The translations under genes and the position numbers were made by a program. From Gemmatimonadota bacterium (GTDB lineage: Bacteria; Gemmatimonadota; Gemmatimonadetes; Gemmatimonadales; GWC2-71-9): a stretch of 64,000 nt of DNA. Position 1 is the first letter of the stretch. Each line of letters opens with the position of its first letter. Of this stretch, positions 1-8,912 are shown one piece after another. The notes under the pieces were generated by a model. It saw only the letters and a list, made by a program, of their open reading frames with translations. It had not been told where the DNA came from and did not search any database. The stretch covers positions 32,001-96,000 of the forward strand of contig JBDHKN010000016.1 of NCBI GenBank assembly GCA_039586365.1, written 5' to 3'.

Positions 1-584
1 TTGGTGTAGAGCACATTCATGTCGAACGCGCGGGCGCGCCGGGCCACTTCCAGCCCGATGTCACCCAAACCGATGAGACCGATCGTCGATCCGTAGAGTT
101 GCCGCAGGTCGGAGAAGCCAAGCCAGTTGAACGCGATCGTGCGTTCCGCCGTCCGGATCGGTTCAATGCCGAGTGTCCGGTAGTCGGCTCCGGCGGTTCC
201 GGTATGGCCGGCTACCAGTTTTCGCATTAGCCCGAGCGTGAGGGCGAAGGTGTGTTCGGCAACGGCGATGGCACCTCGGTGCGGCATGAGCGAGACTGGA
301 ACGCCGGCCGCACGAGCGGCCTCGTGATCGACGGCCCACGGCGCCCGTCCCTGCACCTGAATGAGCTGGAGGCCTGGCCCTGCGGCTCGAATGAGTGGCC
401 CGGTAACCCGTCGCTGGTTGGTGACCAGTGCGGAGGCACCGCTCAGTGTATCGGGTGCTCCGTCATCGTCCAGGTCCTCGACCCAGGTGAGGTCGCAGCC
501 CGACAGCGGGAGTGTCTTGGCGTAGATGTCCCGGATCCACTGCGGTGGCGGCTCGATGTGGAGAATGCGAAATGGATTTGTCAC
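1..584 (-). CDS. D-isomer-specific 2-hydroxyacid dehydrogenase family protein, runs off window edge (not in ORF track)
   Basis: Manual translation from GTG at 584: MTNPFRILHIEPPPQW...AVAEHTFALTLGLMRK...LYGSTIGLIGLGDIGLEVARRARAFDMNVLYT; contains the AVAEH motif and a GxGxxG Rossmann motif. Confidence 0.85.
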   Translation of the reverse strand, partial: MTNPFRILHIEPPPQWIRDIYAKTLPLSGCDLTWVEDLDDDGAPDTLSGASALVTNQRRVTGPLIRAAGPGLQLIQVQGRAPWAVDHEAARAAGVPVSLMPHRGAIAVAEHTFALTLGLMRKLVAGHTGTAGADYRTLGIEPIRTAERTIAFNWLGFSDLRQLYGSTIGLIGLGDIGLEVARRARAFDMNVLYT

Positions 585-765
585 AGGGTCGACCCATGCT
601 TGGTGACGGGTATCTCACGGGCCAACCTGCAGGCCTGTCACGTGATACGACGTGTGGGATTCAAAGCTCCCACTCCAAGTATACCCCTGGTAATCCGGCC
701 GTCCAGCGGTTGTGACGGCGATCCGCGGTTACCCTATGACATATCCATCAAAGAATTCGCAGCGC

Positions 766-1002
766 CTAACCAGAATCCTTTGTGACCGATGCCCCGTACT
801 TCATGTCCCGCAATTGCAGGGCGATGACGAAGACAAGTGCTACGGCGGCCAACTCCAGCAGCCGCGCGGGCGTGTACCCCCCCAAGAACACAAGGGTGAG
901 TCCGATCATATTCGTGAGCTTCTCCCAAACAGCGAGACCACCCAGAACGAAGGCAGCAACGAACAGGAACCGACTAGCGACACTGGCAATCTGGTCTATC
1001 AC
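766..1002 (-). CDS. small membrane protein, hypothetical
   Basis: GTG start after AAGGGG RBS; MIDQIASVASRFLFVAAFVLGGLAVW... with two to three hydrophobic segments; directly follows 1013..1309. Confidence 0.6.
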   Translation of the reverse strand: MIDQIASVASRFLFVAAFVLGGLAVWEKLTNMIGLTLVFLGGYTPARLLELAAVALVFVIALQLRDMKYGASVTKDSG

Positions 1003-1012
1003 TGTTACCCCC

Positions 1013-1309
1013 TTAGCGTCGGCCAATAACTGCAACACTGTCCACAAGCCGGCGGGACTCGTGATGGTAGCCCACCAGACGGACTTCTCCTGCTTCGTTC
1101 TGGAACCACAACGTCGCAGCTGGCCAAGCGACATCCGCGGTCACCGAAATCAACTGTCCCCATTCCAACGGCACTGAGTTGGAGTACGGCATCTCCTCGA
1201 TCGTAACTGAAGGTCCTTCGCGTGGAGTCGTCTGGCGAAGTTCGCTGCAGGACACAGCAGAAAGAACCAGAGCTGCTACGAGGAGGTACCCTCCTATCCG
1301 GCACAGCAT
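1013..1309 (-). CDS. small putative lipoprotein, hypothetical
   Basis: AAAGGAG RBS then ATG at 1309; hydrophobic signal ending LSAVSC (lipobox-like). Confidence 0.6.
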   Translation of the reverse strand: MLCRIGGYLLVAALVLSAVSCSELRQTTPREGPSVTIEEMPYSNSVPLEWGQLISVTADVAWPAATLWFQNEAGEVRLVGYHHESRRLVDSVAVIGRR

Positions 1310-1364
1310 AGAGTCTCCTTTCACCTAGAGTCGTGCCCGGCTTCTGGGCAACGGTGTTCCTTGC

Positions 1365-1411
1365 GGTCTCGTCGTCGGGCGGGCGTCCAACGGGGCGTCT
1401 GTCAGGCGGCG
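1365..1411 (-). repeat. dispersed intergenic element, copy A
   Basis: Minus strand CGCCGCCTGACAGACGCC-ccgttg-GACGCCCGCCCGACGACGAGACC; both blocks identical to 40889-40936 on plus. Confidence 0.85.
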
Positions 1412-1599
1412 GGGCGCAAAAGGCCACCGGCGTGTTGGTCCGCACGCGCTGTGGCCGTGAGGGCAGATACTAGTATGAGGTGTAGTGCAGGTGTCGGCTA
1501 GAGTGGAGACGACACGGTCTGATGCCGCGAGGTTTGCCACGGTGCAGGCTCGCTTCCGGTCGCCGGCTGTCAATGTCTCTTCTGGTCTCCCTGTCCGTC

Positions 1600-2352
1600 T
1601 CACCCCATCAGCTCGCGGAACAATCTCGATCCCCTGCGACTCGCCACCAACTTGCCGCCGTCGTCCAGCTGGAAGATGAGCCTGCGCTCGTCGTAGCGTT
1701 TTATCATGGTCACGTGCGCGACGCTCACGATGTGGCTCCTGTGCACCCGCACGAACTCCCTGGGATCGAGACGTTCCTGCAGTTCGCCGATGGTCGCAGA
1801 AGCGGAGTAGGTCCCTTTGTGCGTGACCAGTTTCACTCCGCCCGCAGTCGCGTCTATGCGGAGGATCTCGGTTGTGGGTACGGGGATTACTCCCCCGCGG
1901 TGCCGTGCAAAGAGTCGGGCAGGATAGCGTCCGGTCCGGGGTGCTTTCTGCTCCTCTCCGCCAAGCCTCTCACCTAGCAGGCGCACGCGAACCCGGTCGA
2001 GTGTAGCGTGAAGCCGTTCTCTGCCGAACGGCTTCACGAGATAATCCACCGCCCCGAACTCGAATGCCGCAACGGCGTACTCATCGAAAGCTGTTGTGAA
2101 GACGATCGCGGGCTGGTACGTCAAAGCCTCGAGAACCTGGAGGCCCGTGAGCCCGGGCATGCGTACGTCGAGGAAGATCAAATCCGGCTCCAACTTGTGG
2201 ATGAGGCGGATAGCTTCGGGCCCGGTTTTGGCTTCCCCGACCACCTGAATCCAATCGATATCACTGAGGTATTCGCGCAAGGCTCTCGTGGCCAACGGCT
2301 CGTCCTCGCAGATGAGGGCGCTGACCGGCCCGAAAGGATGCCCTGCGGTCAT
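1600..2352 (-). CDS. LytTR-family response regulator
   Basis: REC domain (ICEDE, FLDVRMP, TTA, KPF) plus LytTR C-terminus FVRVHRSHIV; overlaps kinase stop. Confidence 0.92.
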   Translation of the reverse strand: MTAGHPFGPVSALICEDEPLATRALREYLSDIDWIQVVGEAKTGPEAIRLIHKLEPDLIFLDVRMPGLTGLQVLEALTYQPAIVFTTAFDEYAVAAFEFGAVDYLVKPFGRERLHATLDRVRVRLLGERLGGEEQKAPRTGRYPARLFARHRGGVIPVPTTEILRIDATAGGVKLVTHKGTYSASATIGELQERLDPREFVRVHRSHIVSVAHVTMIKRYDERRLIFQLDDGGKLVASRRGSRLFRELMG

Positions 2353-3566
2353 CTGTTCCTCCCGGGTTCCGCGTCCGTATCTACCACTTGGCCCGTCGCG
2401 GGTTCGGGGGCCGGGGTCGCCGGTAGTTCGAGGCGAACCGAGAACCCTTCATCGGGGGCCGTGTGCCAGGACAGGGACGCGGCAGAACCATAGAGGGCAG
2501 CCAGTCGCTGTCCCAAGACACTCAAACCTCGTCCTTCCTCCCGCGTCACGTCGCTAGGATTGGCTCCCACTCCGTCGTCTGCGACCGACAGGACGAGCCG
2601 CTCATCGCTGAGGCGAAGTCGGATCCTGACAGTCCCGCCCTCCGGCTTCGGGGACAGGCCGTGTTTGATTGCGTTCTCCAGCAGGGTCTGGAGCGAGAAG
2701 GACGGTACGGCGAACCGGCCCACGTCCGCGGCTACATCCCACTCTACCTCGAGCCGCTCGGCCAAGCGCAGGTTCTCGAGCGCCAGGTACTTCTCGGCCA
2801 TCTCTACCTCCCGACTGAGAGGAACCGTATCCCGGCCGCTCCGATCCAGCAGCGAGGCGTAACGAATCAAGGCGGCGACGTCCTCAATGGCCCGCTCCGC
2901 CGCCTTTGGATCTGCTCGCACCAGCAGCATGAGAGAGTGAAGGGTGTTGAACACGAAGTGCGGGTTGAACTGTGCTCGCAGCACTTTGGCTTCCGCCTGG
3001 GCCCGCAACACTGCCTCACGGGCCGCGATTGCTCGACTCTCCTGCACTCGATTGATCGATTCCGTCCACATCAGGAAGCCCGCCAGAACGCTGTACAGCA
3101 GAAGGTATGAGACGGACAGGAAACCAACCAGCACGGTCGGTCTGGCACTCCACAGTGTGTCAGGGGGTGTGACCGCCAGCCTGAGCAATCCGGCGGAGAC
3201 TGCGGCTGACAGAACGGCGTAGGCCACTCCCAGGACGAGGAGAATACCGGCCGTCTTTAACAGGGAGGCCTCGGGACGGAGCAGATCGCGGCGCCGCCAC
3301 GCGACCAGGTAACCAAGCGCCACGGGCGCGATAGTGCATAGGAACCGGGGAAGCAACGACTCGTTGTCGAAGCCCGCGGGCAACACCAGAATCGCAACGT
3401 AGGCGAGCGAACCTGCGGCAAAGAGAAGCCAGAAACTCCGATCGCTGACTGGCTTCTCGATGGTTTCGGCCCCAAACGACGGGGCCCTCGCCTTGTTGTC
3501 ACTGCGGGATGTCACGGCACCTCCAAGGTTTCTAGTGACCTGGGCTGCCGCCGCCTGCTCTACCAC
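2349..3566 (-). CDS. LytS/YehU-type membrane sensor histidine kinase
   Basis: N-terminal TM helices; LRAQFNPHFVFNTL H-box, LENAIKHG, DDGVG and GRGL motifs. Confidence 0.92.
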   Translation of the reverse strand: MVEQAAAAQVTRNLGGAVTSRSDNKARAPSFGAETIEKPVSDRSFWLLFAAGSLAYVAILVLPAGFDNESLLPRFLCTIAPVALGYLVAWRRRDLLRPEASLLKTAGILLVLGVAYAVLSAAVSAGLLRLAVTPPDTLWSARPTVLVGFLSVSYLLLYSVLAGFLMWTESINRVQESRAIAAREAVLRAQAEAKVLRAQFNPHFVFNTLHSLMLLVRADPKAAERAIEDVAALIRYASLLDRSGRDTVPLSREVEMAEKYLALENLRLAERLEVEWDVAADVGRFAVPSFSLQTLLENAIKHGLSPKPEGGTVRIRLRLSDERLVLSVADDGVGANPSDVTREEGRGLSVLGQRLAALYGSAASLSWHTAPDEGFSVRLELPATPAPEPATGQVVDTDAEPGRNR

Positions 3567-3584
3567 TCACAAAGTTGCCTAACA

Positions 3585-4280
3585 TCACCGCGGAAGCCTA
3601 GGAAGCGGAGCGCGCCGGTCACGCTGCTGTGCCAGAGACTCCGCCCGTCGCTTGATCCCGAGCATCGATTTGCGCATGGGGAAGATCTCGCCGAGGTCCA
3701 CAAATAGCCGGGTCAGAATGCCCTGAGGGCGGCCTCGCAGCCTCGTCACCAAACGCGTCTCACCAGGACCCACCGGGTAGAGACCCCACGCCCAGGTTGC
3801 CTCCGCCCAGTCAGGAAATACCAGCAACATCGAGCGGTTGGTCTCCAAAACCGCTACTGTAACAAAGAAGCCGGGGCCAATCGGTATACTGTCCCCAACC
3901 TGCAGCCCCTGGTATTGCGGGATGACATGCTCGGCGCTGGGAATGCCGTCGTTGTCCAGTCTGTCGTAGCTGTACAGGCCGGCTCTTAGATAGCCGATCT
4001 GAACCAGCCAGGGCCAGATATCCTCCGGGCCGGCAGTGACGGTTACCGCGCGAGTGGCGTCGAATGTCGCCGCTTGGATGATGGAATCCCCGGGCATCGC
4101 ACGGGCGATCTCGGCAGCGGTAGCACCCCAGTGCAGGGCCCAGGGACGATATACGAACCAGGTCAAGCCGCTGCCAAGGATGACGAGCAGCACCGAGGCG
4201 AGCAACGCGAGCAGGACCTTGCCTCCGACAGACGTTGCAGATCGCTCGGCGTGGCGCTTCGCTCCGGCGCTACGGGCCAC
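3585..4280 (-). CDS. hypothetical membrane-anchored SRPBCC-like protein (start uncertain)
   Basis: WGAT...MPGD...TRAVTV...IWPWLVQIG..RAGLYSYD pattern after one TM helix. Confidence 0.65.
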   Translation of the reverse strand: MARSAGAKRHAERSATSVGGKVLLALLASVLLVILGSGLTWFVYRPWALHWGATAAEIARAMPGDSIIQAATFDATRAVTVTAGPEDIWPWLVQIGYLRAGLYSYDRLDNDGIPSAEHVIPQYQGLQVGDSIPIGPGFFVTVAVLETNRSMLLVFPDWAEATWAWGLYPVGPGETRLVTRLRGRPQGILTRLFVDLGEIFPMRKSMLGIKRRAESLAQQRDRRAPLPRLPR

Positions 4281-5337
4281 CTGTGGAGCGTGCAAGCCGG
4301 AAGCCGCTCGCGTTGCAGCGGTTGTGCGACTGCCAGGAGAACCGTTTCGCAACGCGCATCTCGAACGCATCCCCGCCCCAGCGCCCACCCCGTATCACCC
4401 TGGTTGTCCCGGAGCCTTGGTGTGGATTGGACGCGGCGTTAGCCGTGTACGGCGCCCGGTAGTCGCTCACCCATTCCCAGGCATTCCCTGCCATGTCATA
4501 CAGCCCCAAGGCGTTGGGGGGATAGCTCAGCACGGAGGTAGGGCTCCTCCGGACAGGCCCGTGGACCTGGTAGTCGTATTCGTCCCCACTGGCGTCGAAT
4601 GCCGCCCGCTCCGGGTCAGCGATGTCCCGGCCGTTGCCGAACCGTGCGGCACCGCCCCGCTCCCGAGCGGCGAACTCCCACTCAGCCTCCGTGGGAAGCC
4701 GGTACCCCATCACCTCTGTGATATTGTTTGTCGGCCGCCCCTCAGCATTGAGCAAGGACTCTGTTGTGAGGTCGTAAGCCTCGGGAAGCCCATCCGATCT
4801 GCTCACCCAGTTTGCGTAGGCCGCAGCGTCGTCCCAGGAGAGACACACGACCGGGTAGTCCTCCGCTTGCTTAAACCCGGGAGTTCTCCAGTCGAGGTGA
4901 TCACCCCAATCAAAGCCTCGCTGATCGGGATCCCACCGCCCGCACCCGCCGTGCCGTAGCACCTCGTCGTACAGTGCAATCCGCAGCGCGGGCGTCGCGC
5001 CCGGGTCCGACGCCCGTGCCATGAGGCTGTCTCTCACAGCCGAATCAACGGGGCTCTCCGCGGAGGTCCTGTACCCGGTCTCGGACACGAACCTCGCGTA
5101 CTGCGCCACCGTGACTTCAGCCTCGCCCAGCAAGACGTCGGCCACCGTCACCTCGTGGAGCGGGAGTTCGTCCGCGACCCCCTCCCCGAATGCGTCACCC
5201 ATCGTGAACGAACCTCCCGGGACGAAGACCAGGCGAGAGCCCTCGGGGGCAACGATGACCTGGCCTTGCTTCCAGGTAGAGCACGCCCAGCTGCTGAGCA
5301 GGAAGAACACACCCAGTAACGTTCCGGTCCGCTTCAT
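4270..5337 (-). CDS. formylglycine-generating-enzyme (SUMF1/PvdO)-like domain lipoprotein
   Basis: FTMG, PVVCLSWDDA, RLPTEAEWEFAAR, PNALGLYDMAGNAWEW, RGG, GFR motifs; GGAGG RBS; lipobox SWAC. Confidence 0.9.
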   Translation of the reverse strand: MKRTGTLLGVFFLLSSWACSTWKQGQVIVAPEGSRLVFVPGGSFTMGDAFGEGVADELPLHEVTVADVLLGEAEVTVAQYARFVSETGYRTSAESPVDSAVRDSLMARASDPGATPALRIALYDEVLRHGGCGRWDPDQRGFDWGDHLDWRTPGFKQAEDYPVVCLSWDDAAAYANWVSRSDGLPEAYDLTTESLLNAEGRPTNNITEVMGYRLPTEAEWEFAARERGGAARFGNGRDIADPERAAFDASGDEYDYQVHGPVRRSPTSVLSYPPNALGLYDMAGNAWEWVSDYRAPYTANAASNPHQGSGTTRVIRGGRWGGDAFEMRVAKRFSWQSHNRCNASGFRLARSTGGP

Positions 5338-5666
5338 CGGTTTCACCTCCACGGGTCTGGTTGAGCCGCAGGCGTGGTATGCGAGTGAAGCTTGGGGAGT
5401 GGGAACAGCTGGGCAAAGGCTTCAAGGGCGGGCGATCCCGCTTGGGGATCTAGCGGGCCGCATGCCGGGGTGAATGGCGCAGCGCCCACTAGTCGGCTGT
5501 CGGTACCAGGCTGCTTCCTGTGACGATCAAGACCACTACTCGTCGAGTGCTCGGGTCTTGTGCATCGGCCCCCTCGACGCAGTGAAACCCTGCTGCGGAC
5601 TCAACTCGACGGACTCGCTAGATCGGCATATGGCGTGAGTGGAGTCCGGCGGATCCGGAGCGAACT

Positions 5667-7238
5667 CTAGCGTTGATGCGCGGATGTCAGTCTGGCTACC
5701 TCTTGCGCCAGTTCATCCGCCATGGCCCGGACCTGTGATCGCCGTTTACCTGCCAGCCTCTTGATGAACGAGCGAGCGAGGCCGAACGAGCCGGCACACA
5801 CCGCAGCCACCGTGAGAACGCCGACACCAACGCCGAATGAATCGGAAACCAGGAGGGCACCCAGCAATGTTGGCGCGACCATAGCAGCGGTGGTCATCGC
5901 ATATGTGAGTTGTGCAACAGGCTGCAACCGCTCCCGGACCACAATCCGCGTCCGCCCATCGTGCGGTGTGACCGTCACGTGAGTGTCGCGAACCTGGCTG
6001 GGACCGCGGCTGCGGTCCAAGTGCCAGAAAGTATGGCCGGTTGTCGATTCCCATTCCAGCGACGAGCTCAGCGTGCTGGTATTGCCGACGTACCCCACGA
6101 GATCACGCAGCTTCTCGACCAATACCGGATGGTCTCGCGCGGACACTTCACCCACCACCGTGCGTTCAACCGTCAGAACCTCCGGTGCACCATGGACGAG
6201 AGACTCGTTGACGGAACGCTCTGATTCACTCAGGATCCGGGCGGCCTCACGCACGTGTCCGGATGGAATGCCTACCTCGGCCGCGATCTCCCGCACGCTT
6301 CCCAGGGACATCGATCCTGTTTCGCTGGGCCGCTGCAGTTCCAGTTCGGCTGCGCGTTGCACGATCCGCCGGACGTCCGTGTCCGCGTATTGCTGGGCAT
6401 GGCCCACGGGACGCACGAGGGCGGCAGCAAAGGCATCAGGCGTTTCGAAGCGATCCGTGGGCCGCAGTGCCAGTGCACGAGTCAACGCCAGTTCGATCAG
6501 CGCGGGGAGCGCTGCGAGTTTCTCCCGATGGGCAGCGGGCGCATCTACGAATCGCCCGCGAAACACCGACTCCTCGGACGGCCAAGCACCGGGCACATCA
6601 CCTACGACCATCTCGTAGAAGGCACAGGCCAGGCTGAACAAGTCGGTGCTGCCGTTCAGCTCCGTGCTGCCGGCCGCTTGTTCCGGACTCATGTATCCAG
6701 CGGTGCCGAGCGGGAAGCCGGACCGTGTAAGCTCGCCGCGACTCGCGACGCTCAGAGCTTTGGCAATCCCAAAGTCAGCGACGACAGCGTGCCCCTCTGC
6801 CAGCAGGATGTTCTCCGGTTTCACATCACGATGGACGATGCCTTGCCTATGCGCGTAGGTCAGTGCCTCGGCTACCTCGCCCACGATCTCCAGCGCCGCA
6901 GATAGCTCGATGGTCTTCTCCCGATTGAGCCGGGTGCGCAAGGACCCGCCGCTCACGAATGGCATGACGTAGTAGAGCAAGCCATCGGCTTCACCCGAGT
7001 CGTGGAGCGGTAGGATGTGCGGGTGGGTGAGACGCGCCACGATCTCGATCTCACGCAGGAACCGCTCGGGGCCGAGTGCCGCGGCGAGCTCCGGGTTGAG
7101 GACCTTCACTGCCACCTGGCGCCCGTGCTTGACATCCTGAGCCAGGTAGACCGCGGCCATCCCGCCGCGGCCCAGCATGCTTTCTACTGTGTAGCGGCCA
7201 GTGAGTGCGGCCGCCAGACGGTCGGCGGAGTCGTCCAA
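5667..7238 (-). CDS. Ser/Thr protein kinase with C-terminal uncharacterised domain and two TM helices
   Basis: LGRGGMA, VAVK, HRDVKPEN, DFG and GYMSPEQ motifs intact; hydrophobic C-terminus. Confidence 0.92.
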   Translation of the reverse strand: MDDSADRLAAALTGRYTVESMLGRGGMAAVYLAQDVKHGRQVAVKVLNPELAAALGPERFLREIEIVARLTHPHILPLHDSGEADGLLYYVMPFVSGGSLRTRLNREKTIELSAALEIVGEVAEALTYAHRQGIVHRDVKPENILLAEGHAVVADFGIAKALSVASRGELTRSGFPLGTAGYMSPEQAAGSTELNGSTDLFSLACAFYEMVVGDVPGAWPSEESVFRGRFVDAPAAHREKLAALPALIELALTRALALRPTDRFETPDAFAAALVRPVGHAQQYADTDVRRIVQRAAELELQRPSETGSMSLGSVREIAAEVGIPSGHVREAARILSESERSVNESLVHGAPEVLTVERTVVGEVSARDHPVLVEKLRDLVGYVGNTSTLSSSLEWESTTGHTFWHLDRSRGPSQVRDTHVTVTPHDGRTRIVVRERLQPVAQLTYAMTTAAMVAPTLLGALLVSDSFGVGVGVLTVAAVCAGSFGLARSFIKRLAGKRRSQVRAMADELAQEVARLTSAHQR

Positions 7239-7581
7239 TGCAGTTACCCGTCAGTAAAATACATATGTAACATACGTATCGTGGTCTGTGCTCGCCAGAC
7301 GCCAGCGAGCTCCGCAAACAAAGATGCCGACCTAGCAAAGTCGGAGGGGTCAAATCGCGGCCGACGCCGCTCCCAGTTCGAAGCTCGGCCTAAGTGCAGT
7401 CCAGCCCAAGTTGGGGTCCATCAGCTCGCCCATGAACGGGATCGTGTCCGACGACCGAGCCACCATTGCAGACCGGCAACCGACGCCGTCCACCAGGCTG
7501 GGTGAGCTCCGGGAGCGGCGGGTTGCTGTGCGCACGACGATCATCGGCCAGGTGTATATTCTGTCCCTGCGTAGAAGAGAT

Positions 7582-7974
7582 GTGGAGGACGAACTCAAAG
7601 CCTGCTTTTGCGAGATGCAGATACCGGACTTGGTTGCTGCGTATCTATTCGGGAGCGTCGCACGGGAGGAGGGTCGAGCGGACTCCGATGTCGATGTGGC
7701 GGTTCTGTTTGCGACATCGCCTGCCAAAACGATTGCTCACCCGTCGGTCAGTCTCTCGCTGGATCTCGAGGCAAGGATGCGGCACCCTGTGCAGGTCGTT
7801 GTCCTGAACGAGGCACCGCCCGATCTCGTTCACCGCGTACTGCGTGATGGACGCCTGGTTGTCGACAGCAACCCGTCGCTCCGCATACGATTCGAGGTGC
7901 GGGTGCGCAACGAGTATTTCGACCTACTCCCCGTTCTACGACGGTACCGCAAGCTCGAAGGCCGGCCGACATGA
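7582..7974 (+). CDS. minimal nucleotidyltransferase (MntA-type antitoxin)
   Basis: YLFGSVAREEGRADSDVDVAV (GSx10DxD), VVVLNEAPP; ATGA overlap with next gene; start uncertain. Confidence 0.85.
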   Translation: MEDELKACFCEMQIPDLVAAYLFGSVAREEGRADSDVDVAVLFATSPAKTIAHPSVSLSLDLEARMRHPVQVVVLNEAPPDLVHRVLRDGRLVVDSNPSLRIRFEVRVRNEYFDLLPVLRRYRKLEGRPT

Positions 7975-8030
7975 CCGATCCGGAACTGATTGCGAAGAGA
8001 CTGGCGGAGATAGAAACCGCAGTCAAGTCC
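7971..8030 (+). pseudogene. truncated HEPN/DUF86 (HepT-like) toxin N-terminus
   Basis: MTDPELIAKRLAEIETAV resembles DUF86 N-termini and is translationally coupled to the MNT gene; similarity is lost after ~19 codons, with no RxxxxH motif. Confidence 0.6.
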
Positions 8031-8213
8031 ACCACTTGTCGTCGGCGATCTTCACCAACACGTTCAACCCTTCCAAGCATGAGCTACCAAGACCTACCCA
8101 GTCTCAGCGCTGCTACTCAACTGTGCCGTCGTTCTGGCGCCTCGGTCGCGATTCAATCCGCCGCCCACGTCCATTGGCAGCACCACGAAGTGCCTGGCTT
8201 GATCAGCGAGGTA

Positions 8214-8309
8214 GGCTAACGAAAGACTCCGCAGTGCGCTAAGGCTGCGGGGTTTCTGGCGCGGCCGAGTCACCTGACTACCTGTGCCAAGCCGGCATCC
8301 CCCTTACAA
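8214..8309 (-). other. degenerate attC-like site
   Basis: Minus strand: FN3 stop in TTGTAAG ... CCGCAGCCTTAGCGCAC...GTTAGCC (GTTRRRY). Confidence 0.4.
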
Positions 8310-8912
8310 CACCGCGGTCACCGTGTTGCTTTCCCGTCCCTCTCCCGCCCGATTGATGGCGACGACCCAGTACTGCCACTCGACTCCGCGCTCCTGATCT
8401 AGGAGGACGCTCGCGCACTCGACCGCAGTGCCCGCACTCTCCGTCTTTTCTGTGCCGCGCCGGCAGCGCAGCACCTTGTAGGCAGCCACCTTGCCTCCGT
8501 CCGCCGGTGGTTTCCAGTCGAGTGCGATCCAGTCCGGACCCTCATGCAGTATCTCCAAGTCCCTGACCTGACCCGGCGATTCGAGCCGCTCGCCGGGCCG
8601 ACGCCCTCCCCAACCGATCAGCGAAAGTTTCCTCTGGTCGGAAAACGCTATGCTCTCGGCATAGCGGATGCTACGCTTCATGCCGACCATGAGCTGCTTT
8701 AGCGCCGCCCGCTTCTCCAGCGTGGCTTGCTTCGCGGCCGCCGCCGCGTGGTTCGCCTTGTGGCGGGCCGCGTCGAAGGTAGCCAACAACGCCGCTAGGT
8801 CGCCCGGGTTTACGGGTGGTGCAGGGAATTGGTCAGCGTTGGCTGTGAACCCGGCGATCAGGCTCTCCGCCAGAGCCCTTACGTCGGGCTCGGTCCGTGG
8901 GAATGTGGCCAT
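8304..8912 (-). CDS. fibronectin type III domain protein
   Basis: N-terminal helical region plus FN3 motifs LDWKPP..GG.V..Y.V and Y.VVAINRAGEG.ESN; GGGAGG RBS. Confidence 0.85.
   Translation of the reverse strand: MATFPRTEPDVRALAESLIAGFTANADQFPAPPVNPGDLAALLATFDAARHKANHAAAAAKQATLEKRAALKQLMVGMKRSIRYAESIAFSDQRKLSLIGWGGRRPGERLESPGQVRDLEILHEGPDWIALDWKPPADGGKVAAYKVLRCRRGTEKTESAGTAVECASVLLDQERGVEWQYWVVAINRAGEGRESNTVTAVL

Noticed and set aside
252..785. 177-aa plus-strand ORF
   Set aside because: Antisense shadow of the dehydrogenase at 1..584; no recognisable motifs.
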